Part shown: positions 1 to 20,669 of the stretch, one piece after another | Numbering within the stretch: the first letter of the stretch is position 1 | How the letters are laid out: every line of letters begins with the position of its first letter | Origin: the human T2T-CHM13v2.0 reference genome, Homo sapiens | Length of the DNA: 64,000 nucleotides | Assembly: GCF_009914755.1 (NCBI RefSeq) | Contig: NC_060938.1 | Direction: 5' to 3' (one strand) | Position numbers and translations under genes: made by a program | Notes under the pieces: model-generated | Told to the model about the DNA's origin: nothing | Databases searched by the model: none | What the model saw: only the letters and a program-made list of their open reading frames with translations

Positions 1-97
1 CTTTTCTGACTGCAATAGCCAGAATCGATTTCTGTGGTATGCAAACTAGAACCTTGGAAAAAAATAGAAACATAAGTTACACAGTTCTCAAATCTGG

Positions 98-120
98 AAA
101 AAAAAAAAAAAAAAAAAAAA
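98..120. repeat. poly(A) run, A23
   Basis: 23 consecutive A; no adjacent Alu/L1 body or TSD recognised. Confidence 0.95.
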
Positions 121-3100
121 GGATATAGACCATTTCCTCACAAGAGACAATGCTTTTTTGGGACTAAATTCAAAAAGTAACTCTCAAGGGGGAAGACACA
201 TGGAGGAGAGCCTTAAGTCATTCAATAGATCATGTACTTATGATGACCAGATAGTCTTTAACCTGGTATTTTATGTCTTGTTAACCCCGGCCTTGTTCAT
301 AAAAGTATCTACTATAATTTTGCTGAAGGAAGGACTAAACGAATGAGGATGCTTTCTAGAAACTTTTCTCAGCTGACATTCTCAATTGGTGTTCAACCAC
401 CCTTATCTAGAGGAGACACAGGATTTCCATAACAATACCTAAGACCCTCTTCCTCCTCAGCTCCAACACCCACCTACAAGATTGGCAGATCCTACATAAT
501 TACCCACACAGTGAGCACTTTCTATTTCTCCTGATTCTTCATTCTTCTTCCCTACCAGCAAGTTTATATCCTGTCAGAAATTATTATTTGTGCTTCTCTT
601 TCCTGCACCTAGTCCAAAGCCAAAGGTGAAAGGTGATGGGAGTGAGCAGGAGGTCATGGAGCTTATCCCTGAGGACCTACATGGAGGGCATCTTGGAAGT
701 TCACCGAGAAGAGCCGGTGGGCAGGATCAGGCAAAGTAGGGCTGGGCCCTCTGCTCCCTCAGCTCAGGAGCCCTTTTCCTGCCTCTCTAGTGGGTTTCAT
801 AACTCCATAGAAGATGATTCTGAATGCCAACCAAATAACTTCACACAATTAGAATGGCCAGCCAGACCTAAAATACAGAAGTCTAAAACTACTGCTCAGT
901 GGGGCCTGTCAATGACATCAACAGGAGACAGACACCCAGGTTATCATTCTGCTAAGACCTTGCCTTTTACCCATCCTGCTGCTAAAGGAAGTTTTCTCCT
1001 TCTACGTTGAGTCATGTTAATCATAGATTCCCATTTTCTTAAACTTCTAATTTAAACTGTTGAGATTGCAAATCTTTAAGATTCACAATCAACTGGACCA
1101 ATAATCCAATAGTATCTTCTACAAGAGTATTCTTCTTTAGGAGAGCTGGGCAGTGATGATGAACTAGTAGTATTCACCCTAGTAGGTCATTGCCTGGAGT
1201 CCCTGGGAGGCATTAGATTCCTGACATAAGTTGTGTTTCCTCAGATACCAGGAAAGGCTAGAGCATGGCAATAGCATTCTGGAAATAAAAAGTATCACTG
1301 CCTTCTCCCTCCTGCTCCTGTCCCCCACCACCCCCAGTTTCCTGCACAAGCCTTGTACAAGTGGGGAGAGCAACTTGCTCAAATCCAGACCCAGAAGTAA
1401 GGAATAGACCCTGGCATCCTAACAAGGCTGGAACCTGCTACACCAGAGTGCCTGCTTTTCATTGAGAAATACAAAGAAGCAGCAGCTCCTCCTTTGGCCC
1501 GAGGCCAACCTCCACAGTAGAGTCAAAATGTTCTATCACCCCTGATGCAAAGCATCTCAATCCCTGCTGAGTGGCTGGAGAAGCAGTGGGAGCAACTCAG
1601 CCTGGCAGGATCTGTATTTCACTGTCTCCCTATTATGGAGTAATATAAAAATATGTTACAGCAGCATCAGGCAAGCAAAGCATTACAGGAGGTCTGAATT
1701 CAAGGCCCGGTGTCACCTCAGCTCATTAGCTTTTCTATGGATGGCAAGGCAGATTCCCTTCCCCCTTGAACAAGCAAGAGACTCACTGTGTTGAGCCTTG
1801 CTCACCAAGTCAAGGCAGATCTCCAGGAAAATAGGCCTGCTGATGTGGAAGAAAAGAAGGCAAGCCAGAGCAAGGGGCCACCGGTGGCCTACAGGGGAGC
1901 CTCCAGGGCTGACCCCTTTGCTTTTCCTATTTAGCATTTATTTGAACTGAAATTTACATGTTTGGCTTCAGTCCAAGAACTAGCATTTTGTGAGAGAGCC
2001 TGAACCCAGCTTATTTTAAGTATATAATAATGACAACTAGAGGGACTTTTTGTCTGGCATCCTTCAATTTCCCAGAAAGGGAGAAAGGGATGTAAACTTA
2101 CCTGCTTGCCCCACAAAGCTATTACTATCACATGTCCAGCCATCTCTCTCAGTGATGTTTTTCAGAAAGCAAAGGTTTAAATGAGTAGAGAGGAAAACCT
2201 TACCTGAACAAATGACAATTTTACAAATGTTGAGTTACATGAGTTCTCAGGTGTCTGAGAAGCTGGGTAAATATGTACCAAGCCTGAACAATGATATAGC
2301 TGTGGTTTTTCCATTTGAGCCAGAAGATGATGGACATCTCTGGATGGCACTGTATCCAGTGGTTGCTCCCATTTCTTTTCACAAAGGAATCACAATGAAA
2401 AGGCAAAAATGGCATTTTCAGTGCCTTGTTTGACAGGGTTAGGGAGGTGGGATGGGATGGCCATCCTGACCACAGGGGCATGGGAAGGAGAGTGGTAAGG
2501 AGGAAGAAAACAGAATTGTACACCTGAACACAGAGTCAGGAAGCACTTGTCATTGTGGCCACTTTAGCCACTCGCCCACATACATCACCGTAATAACCAC
2601 TCAGTGGGCTTGGACAAAAGACAAACCCAAAAGTGGTGTGCAAAGGGTTTTGACCTTAAATACTTCACATACGAATTTACTTCCTCAAGAACTTTATCAG
2701 GCTGCTGCCATCTTCAAAGAACCTCAACATTATTGTCACAATCCTTAAATCAATTTGCAACAGGCACTTGAAGCTCTCTCAGAGACGAGAAGTGCATGGT
2801 TTGTTTGTCCTTCTCTATTGACCAAGTTTTGACTTTCTAAAATACTCTCCCTCCTTGAAAGTGGATTTCAAAAAGTGTTCCAGTTACAATTCTTTTAGAC
2901 TCTGATCCTCTCCCAGATGTATAAACAAATATGTATATTAAACATCCTGTTCAAACAAAGTAGGGAAAACAGGCTAAGATTATGGGGCAGGGAAGCAGCA
3001 GTCTCTCTTTCAGTGCCTCTTTGCCATCCCCTACCTTGTGTCCATTAGAACATCTTCAAAATTACATGAGACTCATTGCAGCTTCTTCCTAAAACAAGGC

Positions 3101-3229
3101 TAGTGACACTTTAGCTCTAAGATTCCAAAATCATTTGAAGGAATAGCCTGTAGAACCAATCCTCTGTATCTTTGCATCTCAGATTGAATACTTCCAAAAA
3201 TAAGCATTAAAACATATAGGCACCACTTA

Positions 3230-3420
3230 TTATACTTTTATTAACTCACATAATCTATACAACCTCATTGGGAATGGGTATCCTTACACCCAATCAAAAG
3301 GTCATGAAACTCAAGCTGAGAGAGGTTGACTGTTTTAGCTAAGGTCACACAAACAATACATGGCAGAGAGGGGCTTGAATCCAGACCCTCGGCCTCTTTC
3401 TACCATGTCATAGCTGCCTC
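3230..3420 (-). mobile_element. MIR SINE fragment
   Basis: GAAACTCAAGCTGAGAGAGGTTGA...AAGGTCACACA...TGGCAGAG...CTTGAATCCAG resembles the reverse-complement MIR core. Confidence 0.7.
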
Positions 3421-4046
3421 TCAAATGTGTCACAGGAGACCTAAATCTAGTAAACACTAAAGTGCAACAAATATCACATTCCCCTATGGGCTCCCCATCT
3501 TGTAAGATGCAAACTCCAAAGCCTCTAGAGGCCAAGCTCTGTGGAGCCCTAGAGAACTGCAGAGCAACTGCATCCTCTAAAGAGGTGGTTGCAACACAGT
3601 TCTAACACAAGGTGGCTATAAGAATGAGGAGTTCAGTGGCTGGCAAGATGGCTGAATAGGAACAGCTCTGGTCTGTAGCTCCCAGCAAGATCAACGCAGA
3701 AGGCAGGTGATTTCTGCATTTCCAACTGAGGTACCTGGCTCATCTCATTGGGACTGGTTAGACAGTGGGTGCAGCCCACAGAGGGTGAGCCAAAGCAGGG
3801 TGGGGTACTGCCTCACCCGGGAAGTGCAAGGGGTTGGGGAACGCCCTCCCCTAGCCAAGGGAAGCCCTGAGGGACTGTGCCGTGAGGAACGGTGCACTCT
3901 GGCCCATATATTACGCTTTTCCCATGGTCTTCCCAACCCACAGATGAGGAGATTCCCTCCAGTGCCTACACCACCAGGGCCCTGGGTTTCAAGCACAAAA
4001 CTGGGTGGCCGTTTGGGCAGACACCTAGCTAGCTGCAGGAGTTTCT

Positions 4047-4265
4047 TCATACCCCAGTGGCTCCTGGAATGCCAACAAGACAGAACCATTCACTCCCCTG
4101 GAAAGAAGGCTGAAGCCAGGGAGCCAAGTGGTCTTGCTCAGCAGATTGCACCCCCACAGACCCCAGCAAGCTAAGATCCACTGGCTTGAAATTCTTGCTG
4201 CCAGCACAGCAGTGTGAAGTGGACGTGGGACTCTCGAGCTTGGTGGGGGGAGGGGCGTCTGCCAT
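4047..4265 (-). CDS. ORF0-homologous antisense ORF of L1-A (72 aa, MADAPPPTKL...); expression unknown
   Basis: N-terminus resembles primate L1 ORF0 (MAGAPPPASL); ATG at 4265 in GTAATGG context; open to stop at 4047. Confidence 0.45.
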   Translation of the reverse strand: MADAPPPTKLESPTSTSHCCAGSKNFKPVDLSLLGSVGVQSAEQDHLAPWLQPSFQGSEWFCLVGIPGATGV

Positions 4266-4968
4266 TACTGAGGCTTGAATAGGCAGTTTTTCCCTCACAG
4301 TGTAAACAAAGCCTCCGGGAAGTTCAAACTGGGTGGAGCCCACAGCAGCTTGCCAAAGCCGCTGTAGCCAGACTGCCTTGCTAGATTCTTGCTCTCTGGG
4401 CGGGGCATCTCTGAAAGAAAGGCAGCAGCCATAGTCAGGGGCTTATAGATAAAACTCCCATTTCCCTGGGACAGAGCACCTGGGGGAAGGGGCGGCTGTT
4501 GGCGCAGCTTCAGCAGACTTAAATGTTCCTGCCTGCCAGCTCTGAGGAGAGTAATGTATCTCCCAGCACAGCGCTCAAGCTCTGCTAAGGGACAGACTGC
4601 CTCCTCGAGTGAATCCCTGACCCTCATGTCTCCTGATAGGGAGACACCTCCCAGCAGGGGTCGACAGACACCTCATACAGGAGAGCTCCAGCTGGCATCT
4701 GGCGGGTGCCCCTCTGGGATGAAGCTTCCAGAGGAAGGAACAGGCAGCAATCTTTGCTGTTCTGCAGCCTCTGCTGGTGATACCCGGGCAAACAGGGTCT
4801 GGAGTGGACCTCTAGCAACTCTAGCAGACGTACAGCAGAGGGGCCTGTTAGAAGGAAAACTAACAAACAGAAAAGGATAGCATCAACATCAACAAAAAGG
4901 ACGTCCACACAAAAACCCCATCCGAAGGTCACCAACATCAAAGACCAAAGGTAGAAAAGTCCACAAAG

Positions 4969-5993
4969 ATGAGGAAAAACCAGCGCAAAAAGGCTGAAAA
5001 TTCCAAAAACCAGAATGCCTCTTCTCCTCCAAAGGATCACAACTCCTCACCAGCAAGGAAACAAAAATGGACAGAGAATGAGTTTGATGAGTTGACAGAA
5101 GTAGGCTTCAGAAGGTAGGTAATAGCAAACTCCTCTGAGCTAAAGGAGTATGTTCTAATCCAATGCAAGGAAGCTAAGAACCTTGATAAAAGGCTACAGG
5201 AACTGCTAACTAGAATAACCAGTTTAGAGAAGAACATAAATGACCTGAAGGAGCTGAAAAACATAGCATGAGAACTTCATGAAGCATACACAAGTATCAA
5301 CAGTCGAATTGATCAAGCGGAAGAAAGGATATCAGAGATTGAAGATCAGCTGAATGAAATAAAGCGTGAAGACAAGATTAGAGAAAAAAGAAAGAAAAGG
5401 AATGAACAAAGCCTCCAACAAATATGGGACTATGTGAAAAGACCAAACCTACATTTGATTGGTGTACCTGAAAGTGATGGGGAGAATGGAACCAAGCTTG
5501 GAAAGACATTCCAGGATATTATCCAGGAGAACTTCCCCAACCTAGCAAGGCAGGCCAACATTCAAATTCAGGAAATACAAACAACACCACAAAGATACTC
5601 CTTGAGAAGAGCAACCCCAAGACACATAATTGTCAGATTCACCAAGGTTGAAATGACGGAAAAAATGTTAAGGGCAGCCAGAGAAAAAGGTCAAGTTACC
5701 CACAAAGGGAAGCCCATCAGACTAACAGCAGATCTCTCAGCAGAAACCCTACAAGCCAGAAGAGAGTGGGGGCCAATATTTGACAACTTAAGAAAAAGAA
5801 TTTTCAACCCAGAATTTCATATCCAGCCAAACTAAGCTTCATAAGTGAAGGAGAAATAAAATCCTTTATGGACAAGCAAATGCTAAGAGATTTTGTCACT
5901 ACCAGGCCTGCCTTACAAGAGCTCCTGAAGGAAGCACTAATTATGGAGAGAAAAAAACGGTACCAGCCACTGCAAAAACATACCAAATTATAA
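4969..5993 (+). pseudogene. L1-A ORF1p, disrupted
   Basis: ATG at 4969; internal stops and frameshift; fragment KRPNLHLIGVPE...LQARREWG. Confidence 0.9.
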
Positions 5994-6055
5994 AGACCTC
6001 AACACTATGAAGAAACTGCATCAACTAATGTGCAAAATAACCAGCTAGCATCATA

Positions 6056-10202
<4,147 letters not shown>

Positions 10203-10455
10203 ACAATGAGAACACATGGACACAGGGAGGGGAACATCACACACCAGGGCCTGTCGGGGGCTCAGGGGCTAGGGGAGGGATAGCATTAGGAGAAATACCT
10301 AATGTAGATGACGGGTTGATGGGTGCAGCAAACCACTATGTCACATGTATACCTGTGTAACAAACCTGCACGTTCTGCACATGTATCCCAGAACTTAAAG
10401 TATTATAATAAAAAAATTAAATAAAATTTTTTTAAAAAGAATGAGGAGTTCAGTG

Positions 10456-10630
10456 TTGCCAGAGAGTCCAATTTTCAAGAGAAGCTTGCAATCTGAGTTT
10501 GTGTATATTTGTGTGTGAGAGCAAGATCACTTCATTTTAGAAATATGGACAACTAATGCACACATTTTATATCCTTGTGCAGACAAAATACATGTCTTTA
10601 GGACAAATCTGGCCCATCTGAGGGGCTGGC
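10456..10630. mobile_element. hAT-Charlie DNA transposon fragment (MER103-like), probably the target of L1-A
   Basis: TTGCCAGA...CCAATTTTCAAGAGAAGC...ACAACTAAT...AAATCTGGCCC resembles the recalled MER103 consensus. Confidence 0.5.
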
Positions 10631-13009
10631 AGGACCTGTAATGCAGGTGAATTGCTCTCTCTGGCTGGGGCCAATTATTTCCCTAACAGAGAACCACATC
10701 TCTACTTTGGGGATCCTTCAGATTCACTTTCCTTCTGAGGTGGTCCAGCTCCTGGACTCTACTGCTAGCTCATTGCTCATTCCACCTTCTCTCAGGGAGA
10801 GGCAGCTGGAGGGGAAAGAGCTCTGGTCCTATGGTCAGGAGACTGGGGCCCACTGCTTCCATGTGACCTGAGTGAGCCTCAGTTTCCTTGGCTAGAAGAT
10901 GCATGATTTAAACATTAAATGGGGCATGTTGTTTAGATGCTTTACGGTACCATGCAAATAGAAGGTGGTTTCATTCTGACCACAGGAGCATAACTGGATG
11001 CCATCTATGTCAAAATTCACATGGTCTCCATGGAAAACTCTCTCCTTCTGAACTGGCTCTTCTGAACTGTATAATGTGCAATCTCTATGCCTTTCACTAG
11101 ACATTTATCTACAACCTGCTTTGTGTCATCTGGGATTGGTATTAACTCCCCTGTTTTCAGCTCCTCACACGAGGGGAAGATTATTTCCCCAGTTAGATTG
11201 TGAACTCCAGAAAGCAAGGATCACAAACTATATTTCTAGCCTCTACCTTAGCCCTTTGGGATCCTCACCAAAAGTGTTCTGTCTGAATTAAGTAGAAAGT
11301 CTGGCAGATTCTTAGATGACCTGCATTCACCTTTCACTCCTTTCAGTTTAAAAGAAGGAATTAGATTTATTGAATAGTAGAGTGTGGGAGTGACATAGGG
11401 AAACTGAGGCAAGCTTGATATGGAGGAAACCAAAAGAGAAAAAAACTGTCATCCTATAAAGCCTCAAGCAATACCGGGAAATGACTGCAGGGGCCTTAGC
11501 AGAAGGTGGTGGAGACAGAGAGATGAAATAGGAATTCTGAACCCAAACAAGGACAGAAAAGGATGGGTTGCACTGCTTCCCACTCCTCTCCTCCCACCAT
11601 TTTCTCATGTAAAGCAAGGGAACCAATAAACAGACCACAGTAAACCCAACCGGAAAAAAGCAAGCAAGTAGGGAACTCCAGCTAGAGGCAAGCTCCGGAT
11701 AAGGAGGAGGGAAGGGAGGGGAGCAACAGAGTGGGACCCTTGCTTCTCTTCCTGCTTGCTCCCCCTGCTTGCCATGACCTCCCCCAGCGTGCTGGGTGGC
11801 CAGCAAGCCCATGAACCCCATTCCCAGGAGCCAGGTTTCTAGTGTGCAGCTGAGAGAGCCCTGGTGTGTTGATAGGATGCCCAGTCTGGTGTGGGAAAGG
11901 GAAGACCTGCCCTGCACACACCCATGGTTACTATGACATCCTCGGACGAGAGCCAGATAGGAACATCTTCACACAAGTGACTAAGACTTCAAGTTACATG
12001 CCAGACAGCATTGGCTTCATATCCTGTTTTAACTTCATGATCTGGATAATTACCAGGTCTTGTTAAGTTCTTCCTTGATGGCTGGAGTCTTGGGCTTTCC
12101 CAGGTGAATTTTAGTTTTACTGACACTGTTTAAAAAAATAATCTGATAAAACTAAGGTATTCCATAATCCTTGCTTCTTGATGTTATTTTGAAAAACAAA
12201 CAAACAAACAAAGGCTTTCCATAGTTCAGCCTTTCTTTCCCAACCTCAGGGTTTAGAATGGTTGAGTCAAGCATTTACTGAGTTGTGTGGTCCTCTTCTC
12301 CCATCTTCCTCTTTGGCAAGAGTTCAGTTCCCTCTCATTCTTACCTCTCTTCATGCAACTATGATAGAAGATTTTGATCTGGGAATTTACAATGGAAAAT
12401 ATGATAATTTACTTGTCTGTGGTCTAATATTAATAGGAACACATTGTGAGGCTCCATTTTTGCAGCTTAAATAAAAATAAATAAATACAAGGTCCTGAGA
12501 AAGTAAATGGCTTATTTAAGCTTACACTACCTTGAATTGTGGGACTATACCTGTAGCTCTCAAATTCTGAAGCACTGCTCTGCCCTCTCCCCCACACTGG
12601 ACTCTTACACTGGACTCTTAGAAAGTACTATTGTGTTCACTCTATGCCAAGTCAACTCAGGGCAAACGATCCCGACTGCAATACTGGAGGGAAAACTGAA
12701 CTGGAGTTCCGAACACCCAGAGGCGGTTCTGCCTGGCTCGTGCCAACTGTGAGACTGTCCGCCCATCCCCACCTCACTCCCAGCTAACTGTGGGCTCCTT
12801 GCACTGGGCTTACAGTGGTGCAGGCTCTGATGAAGGGAGACAGAGTATGCGCTGGCTCCAGCTTCGTGAAGAGCACTTGAATTTCAACAGGAGATTCATT
12901 CCCCACTGAGAATAGCTGAACCTCATGAACTTGGTCACAGATCCTCCTTCCTCATCCCCCTCCACACAGCCCTTATCTTCTCCCATCTCAGTCACCTTTC
13001 TAGTCTTTC

Positions 13010-13470
13010 AGCTTTTTAAAAACATATATTTTATTTTAAATGTCTCTCTAATATTTTTGTTAATTTTAATTTTTATCTTTTAATTTTCTATTTTCTGTTT
13101 TTAATTTTTAATCCCTTTTATTATTTTAACTTTCTAATCATAAGGTATTGGTATTTTGTCTTAGTTTTTTATAATTATTATTATTTTTGTTTTTTATGTT
13201 TTTAACCACCATCTCATTGATTTATAAACTGTCTGCTACTTTAAACTTCATCTACTTTATTTTGGTATTTTTAAAAGCTTAACTTTTTACCTTTATTGGA
13301 ATTTTGAGTTTATTTTCACTTCTCTTTCACTTTTTTTCCTCTCACCTTACATTTTTTGGGGGTTTTTTCCTTTCTAATCAGCTTTCTCAGGTTGAATCTT
13401 TTTGTTTTTCATTTTAATAGCTTTCTAAGTCTCTACTCTCCCTTTATTTAAAATTTTTTTACTGGATTTT
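13010..13470. repeat. T-rich low-complexity tract
   Basis: About 460 bp dominated by short T runs, with no clear periodicity. Confidence 0.8.
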
Positions 13471-13599
13471 ATATTAGTCAGCAAGAAGTGTAATAAATAG
13501 CCCACACCATAAATAGATTTCAAAGGACATTTCCCCCTGGTTTGCTACCCCTACTCTTGACTTTGCCTTAGATTGTCCTAATTTTAAGGATGGCATTAA

Positions 13600-14367
13600 A
13601 GCACAACTCTGATGAAAGGAGTTAGAAATATGGAAAGGGGAAGCCTAGAATAAGCCCTGTGAAGCTGGATTGGAATCAGGGGTATTCGTGTGAACTCATA
13701 GTATATACATATATGTGTGTGTGTACACATATATTTACATACATACACATAAACATATATATGCAGATATGAAATATATAATATAGGTATACACAAACTT
13801 ATCTGCATATATTTATTAGCTAGTTCTGTCTGCTGACAAAGCAATCAGTCCCTAGTAGCAACAAGTACACGTGCTGCCCAGAGCTTGGTTTCTAAATACC
13901 AATGGTTTCTAGAGCTTAGTTTCTAAATTGTGGCAAGGAAAGTACAAAATGAACCTGGAATATCTTATTGTGTGCAAAAGAAAGCTCAGATAATAATGCA
14001 GACAAATAATAATGCAGACAATGTCCAAAAAACCCCCAAATACTGGACTTAGTTTGGAGGGGCTTCCACTGGCCAAATCTAGCACATTTCGACCATAAAA
14101 ACAAATTATAGTAATAAATTATAACCTACTGAATAAAAGAACCTATTAAACTATATAGGAATAAATAAAAAATATATGGAAAGTTCTTCCTTAGAGGAGA
14201 ATACCTACTAATAAATGCAGAAAAACTGATAAGAGTTAGAAAATCACCATTTTCTACCTATCATAGAAATAATTGATTCAAGAAGAATCATTAACAAACG
14301 CTAAAACTAGTAGCTAAAAGTTGGATGACAACAGGATATATACATGGCCTCAAAATATCTCTCTACA
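13600..14367 (+). mobile_element. Ancient L1MC/L1MD 3' fragment (left part, split by L1-B); contains a TA/CA-rich simple repeat at 13700-13810
   Basis: TAGTAATAAATTATAACC...GAGTTAGAAAATCACCATTTT...AAAATATCTC motifs; continues at 20670. Confidence 0.65.
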
Positions 14368-14819
14368 GGGGGGCAGCCAAGATGGCCGAATTGGAACAGC
14401 TCCAGTCTACAGCTCCCAGCATGAGTGACGCAGAAGACGGGTGATTTCTGCATTTCCATCTGAGGTACCAGGTTCATCTCACTAGGGAGTGCCAGACAGT
14501 GGGCGCAGGACAGTGGGTGCAGCGCACCATGCATGAGCCGAAGCACGGCAAGGCATTGCCTCCCTCGGGAAGCGCAAGGGGTCAGGGAGTTTCCTTTCCT
14601 AGTCAAAGAAAGGGGTGACAGATGGCACCTGGAAAATTGGGTCACTCCCACCCTAATACTGAGCTTTTCCGATGGGCTTAAAAAATGGCGCACCAGGAGA
14701 TTATATCCCGCACATGGCTCGGAGGGTCCTACACCCATGGAGTCTTGCTGATTGCTAGCACAGCAGTCTGAGATCAAACTGCAAGGCGGCAGCGAGGCTG
14801 GGGGAGGGGCGCCCGCCAT
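14307..14819 (-). CDS. L1-B antisense ORF0, extended to 170 codons; expression unknown
   Basis: MAGAPPPASLPPCSLISDCCASNQ is the ORF0 N-terminus; ATG at 14819 with strong Kozak GCAATGG; no stop until 14307. Confidence 0.55.
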   Translation of the reverse strand: MAGAPPPASLPPCSLISDCCASNQQDSMGVGPSEPCAGYNLLVRHFLSPSEKLSIRVGVTQFSRCHLSPLSLTRKGNSLTPCASRGRQCLAVLRLMHGALHPLSCAHCLALPSEMNLVPQMEMQKSPVFCVTHAGSCRLELFQFGHLGCPPVERYFEAMYISCCHPTFSY

Positions 14820-15402
14820 TGCCCAGGCTTGCTTAGGTAAACAAAGCACCTGGGAAGCTCGAACTGGGTGGAGCCCACCACAGCTCAAGGAGGCCTGCCT
14901 GCCTCTGTTGGCTCCACCTCTGGGGGCAGGGCACAGACAAACAAAAAGACAGCAGTAACCTCTGCAGTCTTAAATGTCCCTATCTGACAGCTTTGAAGAG
15001 AGCAGTGGTTCTCCCAGCACACAGCTGAAGATCTGAGAACGGGCAGACTGCCTCCTCAAATGGGTCTCTGACCCCTGACCCCCGAGCAGCCTAACTGGGA
15101 GGCACCCCCAACTAGGGACAGACTGACACCTCACACGGCTGGGTACTCCTCTGAGACAAAACTTCCAGAGGAACGATCAGACAGCAGCATTCGCAGTTCA
15201 TGAAAATCCGCTGTTCTGCAGCCACCGCTGCTGATACCCAGGCAAACAGGGTCTGCAGTGGACCTCTAGCAAACTCCAACAGACCTGCAGCTGAGGGTCC
15301 TGTCTGTTAGAAGAAAAACTAACAAACAGAAAGGACATCCACACCAAAAACCCATCTGTACATCACCATCATCAAAGACCAAAAGTAGATAAAACCACAA
15401 AG
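14368..15402 (+). promoter_or_regulatory. L1-B 5'UTR: internal sense/antisense promoter with intact YY1 site and ZNF93-bound segment
   Basis: YY1 motif AAGATGGCC at 14379-14387; many retained CpGs; the 15150-15277 segment is absent from younger L1s. Confidence 0.8.
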
Positions 15403-16419
15403 ATGGGGAAAAAACAGAGCAGGAAAACTGGAAACTCTAAAAAGCAGAGTGCCTCTCCTCCGCCAAAGGAATGCAGTTCCTCACCAGCAATGGAACAAAG
15501 CTGGACGGAGAATGACTTTGACGAGTTGAGAGAAGAAGGCTTCAGACGATCAAACTACTCCAAGCTACAGGAGGAAATTCAAACCAAAGGCAAAGAAGTT
15601 AAAAACTTTGAAAAAAATTTAGACGAATGTATAACTAGAATACCCAATACAGAGAAGTGCTTAAAGGAGCTGATGGAGCTGAAAGCCAAGGCTCGAGAAC
15701 TACGTGAAGAATGCAGAAGCCTCAGGAGCCGATGCGATCAACTGGAAGAAAGAGTATCAGTGACGGAAGATGAAATGAATGAAATGAAGCGAGAAGGCAA
15801 GTTTAGAGAAAAAAGAATAAAAAGAAACAAACAAAGCCTCCAATAAATATGGGACTATGTGAAAAGACCAAATCTACATCTGATTGGTGTACCTGAAAGT
15901 GACGGGGAGAATGGAACCAAGTTGGAAAACACTCTGCAGGATATTATCCAGGAGAACTTCCCCAATCTAGCAAGGCAGGCCAACATTCAGATTCAAGAAA
16001 TACAGAGAACGCCACAAAGATACTCCTTGAGAAGAGCAACTCCAAGACACATAATTGTCAGATTCACCAAAGTTGAAATGCAGGTAAAAATGTTAAGGGC
16101 AGCCAGAGAGAAAGGTCGGGTTACCCACAAAGGGAAGCCCATCAGACTAACAGCGGATCTCTCGGCAGAAACTCTACAAGCCAGAAGAGAGTGGGGGCCA
16201 ATATTCAACATTCTTAAAGAAAAGAATTTTCAACCCAGAATTTCATATCCAGCCAAACTAAGCTTCATAAGTGAAGGAGAAATAAAATACTTTACAGACA
16301 AGCAAATGCTGAGAGATTTTGTCACCGCCAGGCCTGCCCTAAAAGAGCTCCTGAAGGAAGCACTAAACATGGAAAGGAACAACCAGTACCAGCCACTGCA
16401 AAATCATGCCAAATTGTAA
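15403..16419 (+). pseudogene. L1-B ORF1p with a single nonsense mutation
   Basis: 1017 bp equals the canonical 338 codons plus stop; only lesion seen is TAA at 15844-15846 (codon 148). Confidence 0.93.
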
Positions 16420-16482
16420 AGACCATTGAGGCTAGGAAGAAACTGCATCAACTAACGAGCAAAATAACCAGCTAACATCATA

Positions 16483-20302
<3,820 letters not shown>

Positions 20303-20669
20303 ACAATGAGAACACATGGACACAGGATGGGGAACATCACACTCTGGGGACTGTTGTGGGATGGGGGGAGGGGGGAGGGATAGCATGAGGAGATATACCT
20401 AATGCTAAATGACAAGTTAATGGGTGCAGCACACCAGCATGTCACATGTATACACACGTAACTAACCTGCAGATTGTGCACATGTACCCTAATACTTAAA
20501 GTATAATAATAATAAAATAAAAAATAAATAAACAAATAATAATAATAAAAATAAAATATTGGTTGATGGACCGATGGCCCTTTAGTACAAAGAAAAGAAC
20601 TACATTTTTTTCTAAGTATATAATAAAAATATTTATTTGACAAAAAAAAGAAAAGAAATCTCTCTACAG

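Noticed and set aside
11348-11917. 189-codon minus-strand ORF and other 60-160 aa ORFs outside L1s
   Set aside because: No recognisable homology or exon structure; many are Alu-derived or antisense-L1 frames
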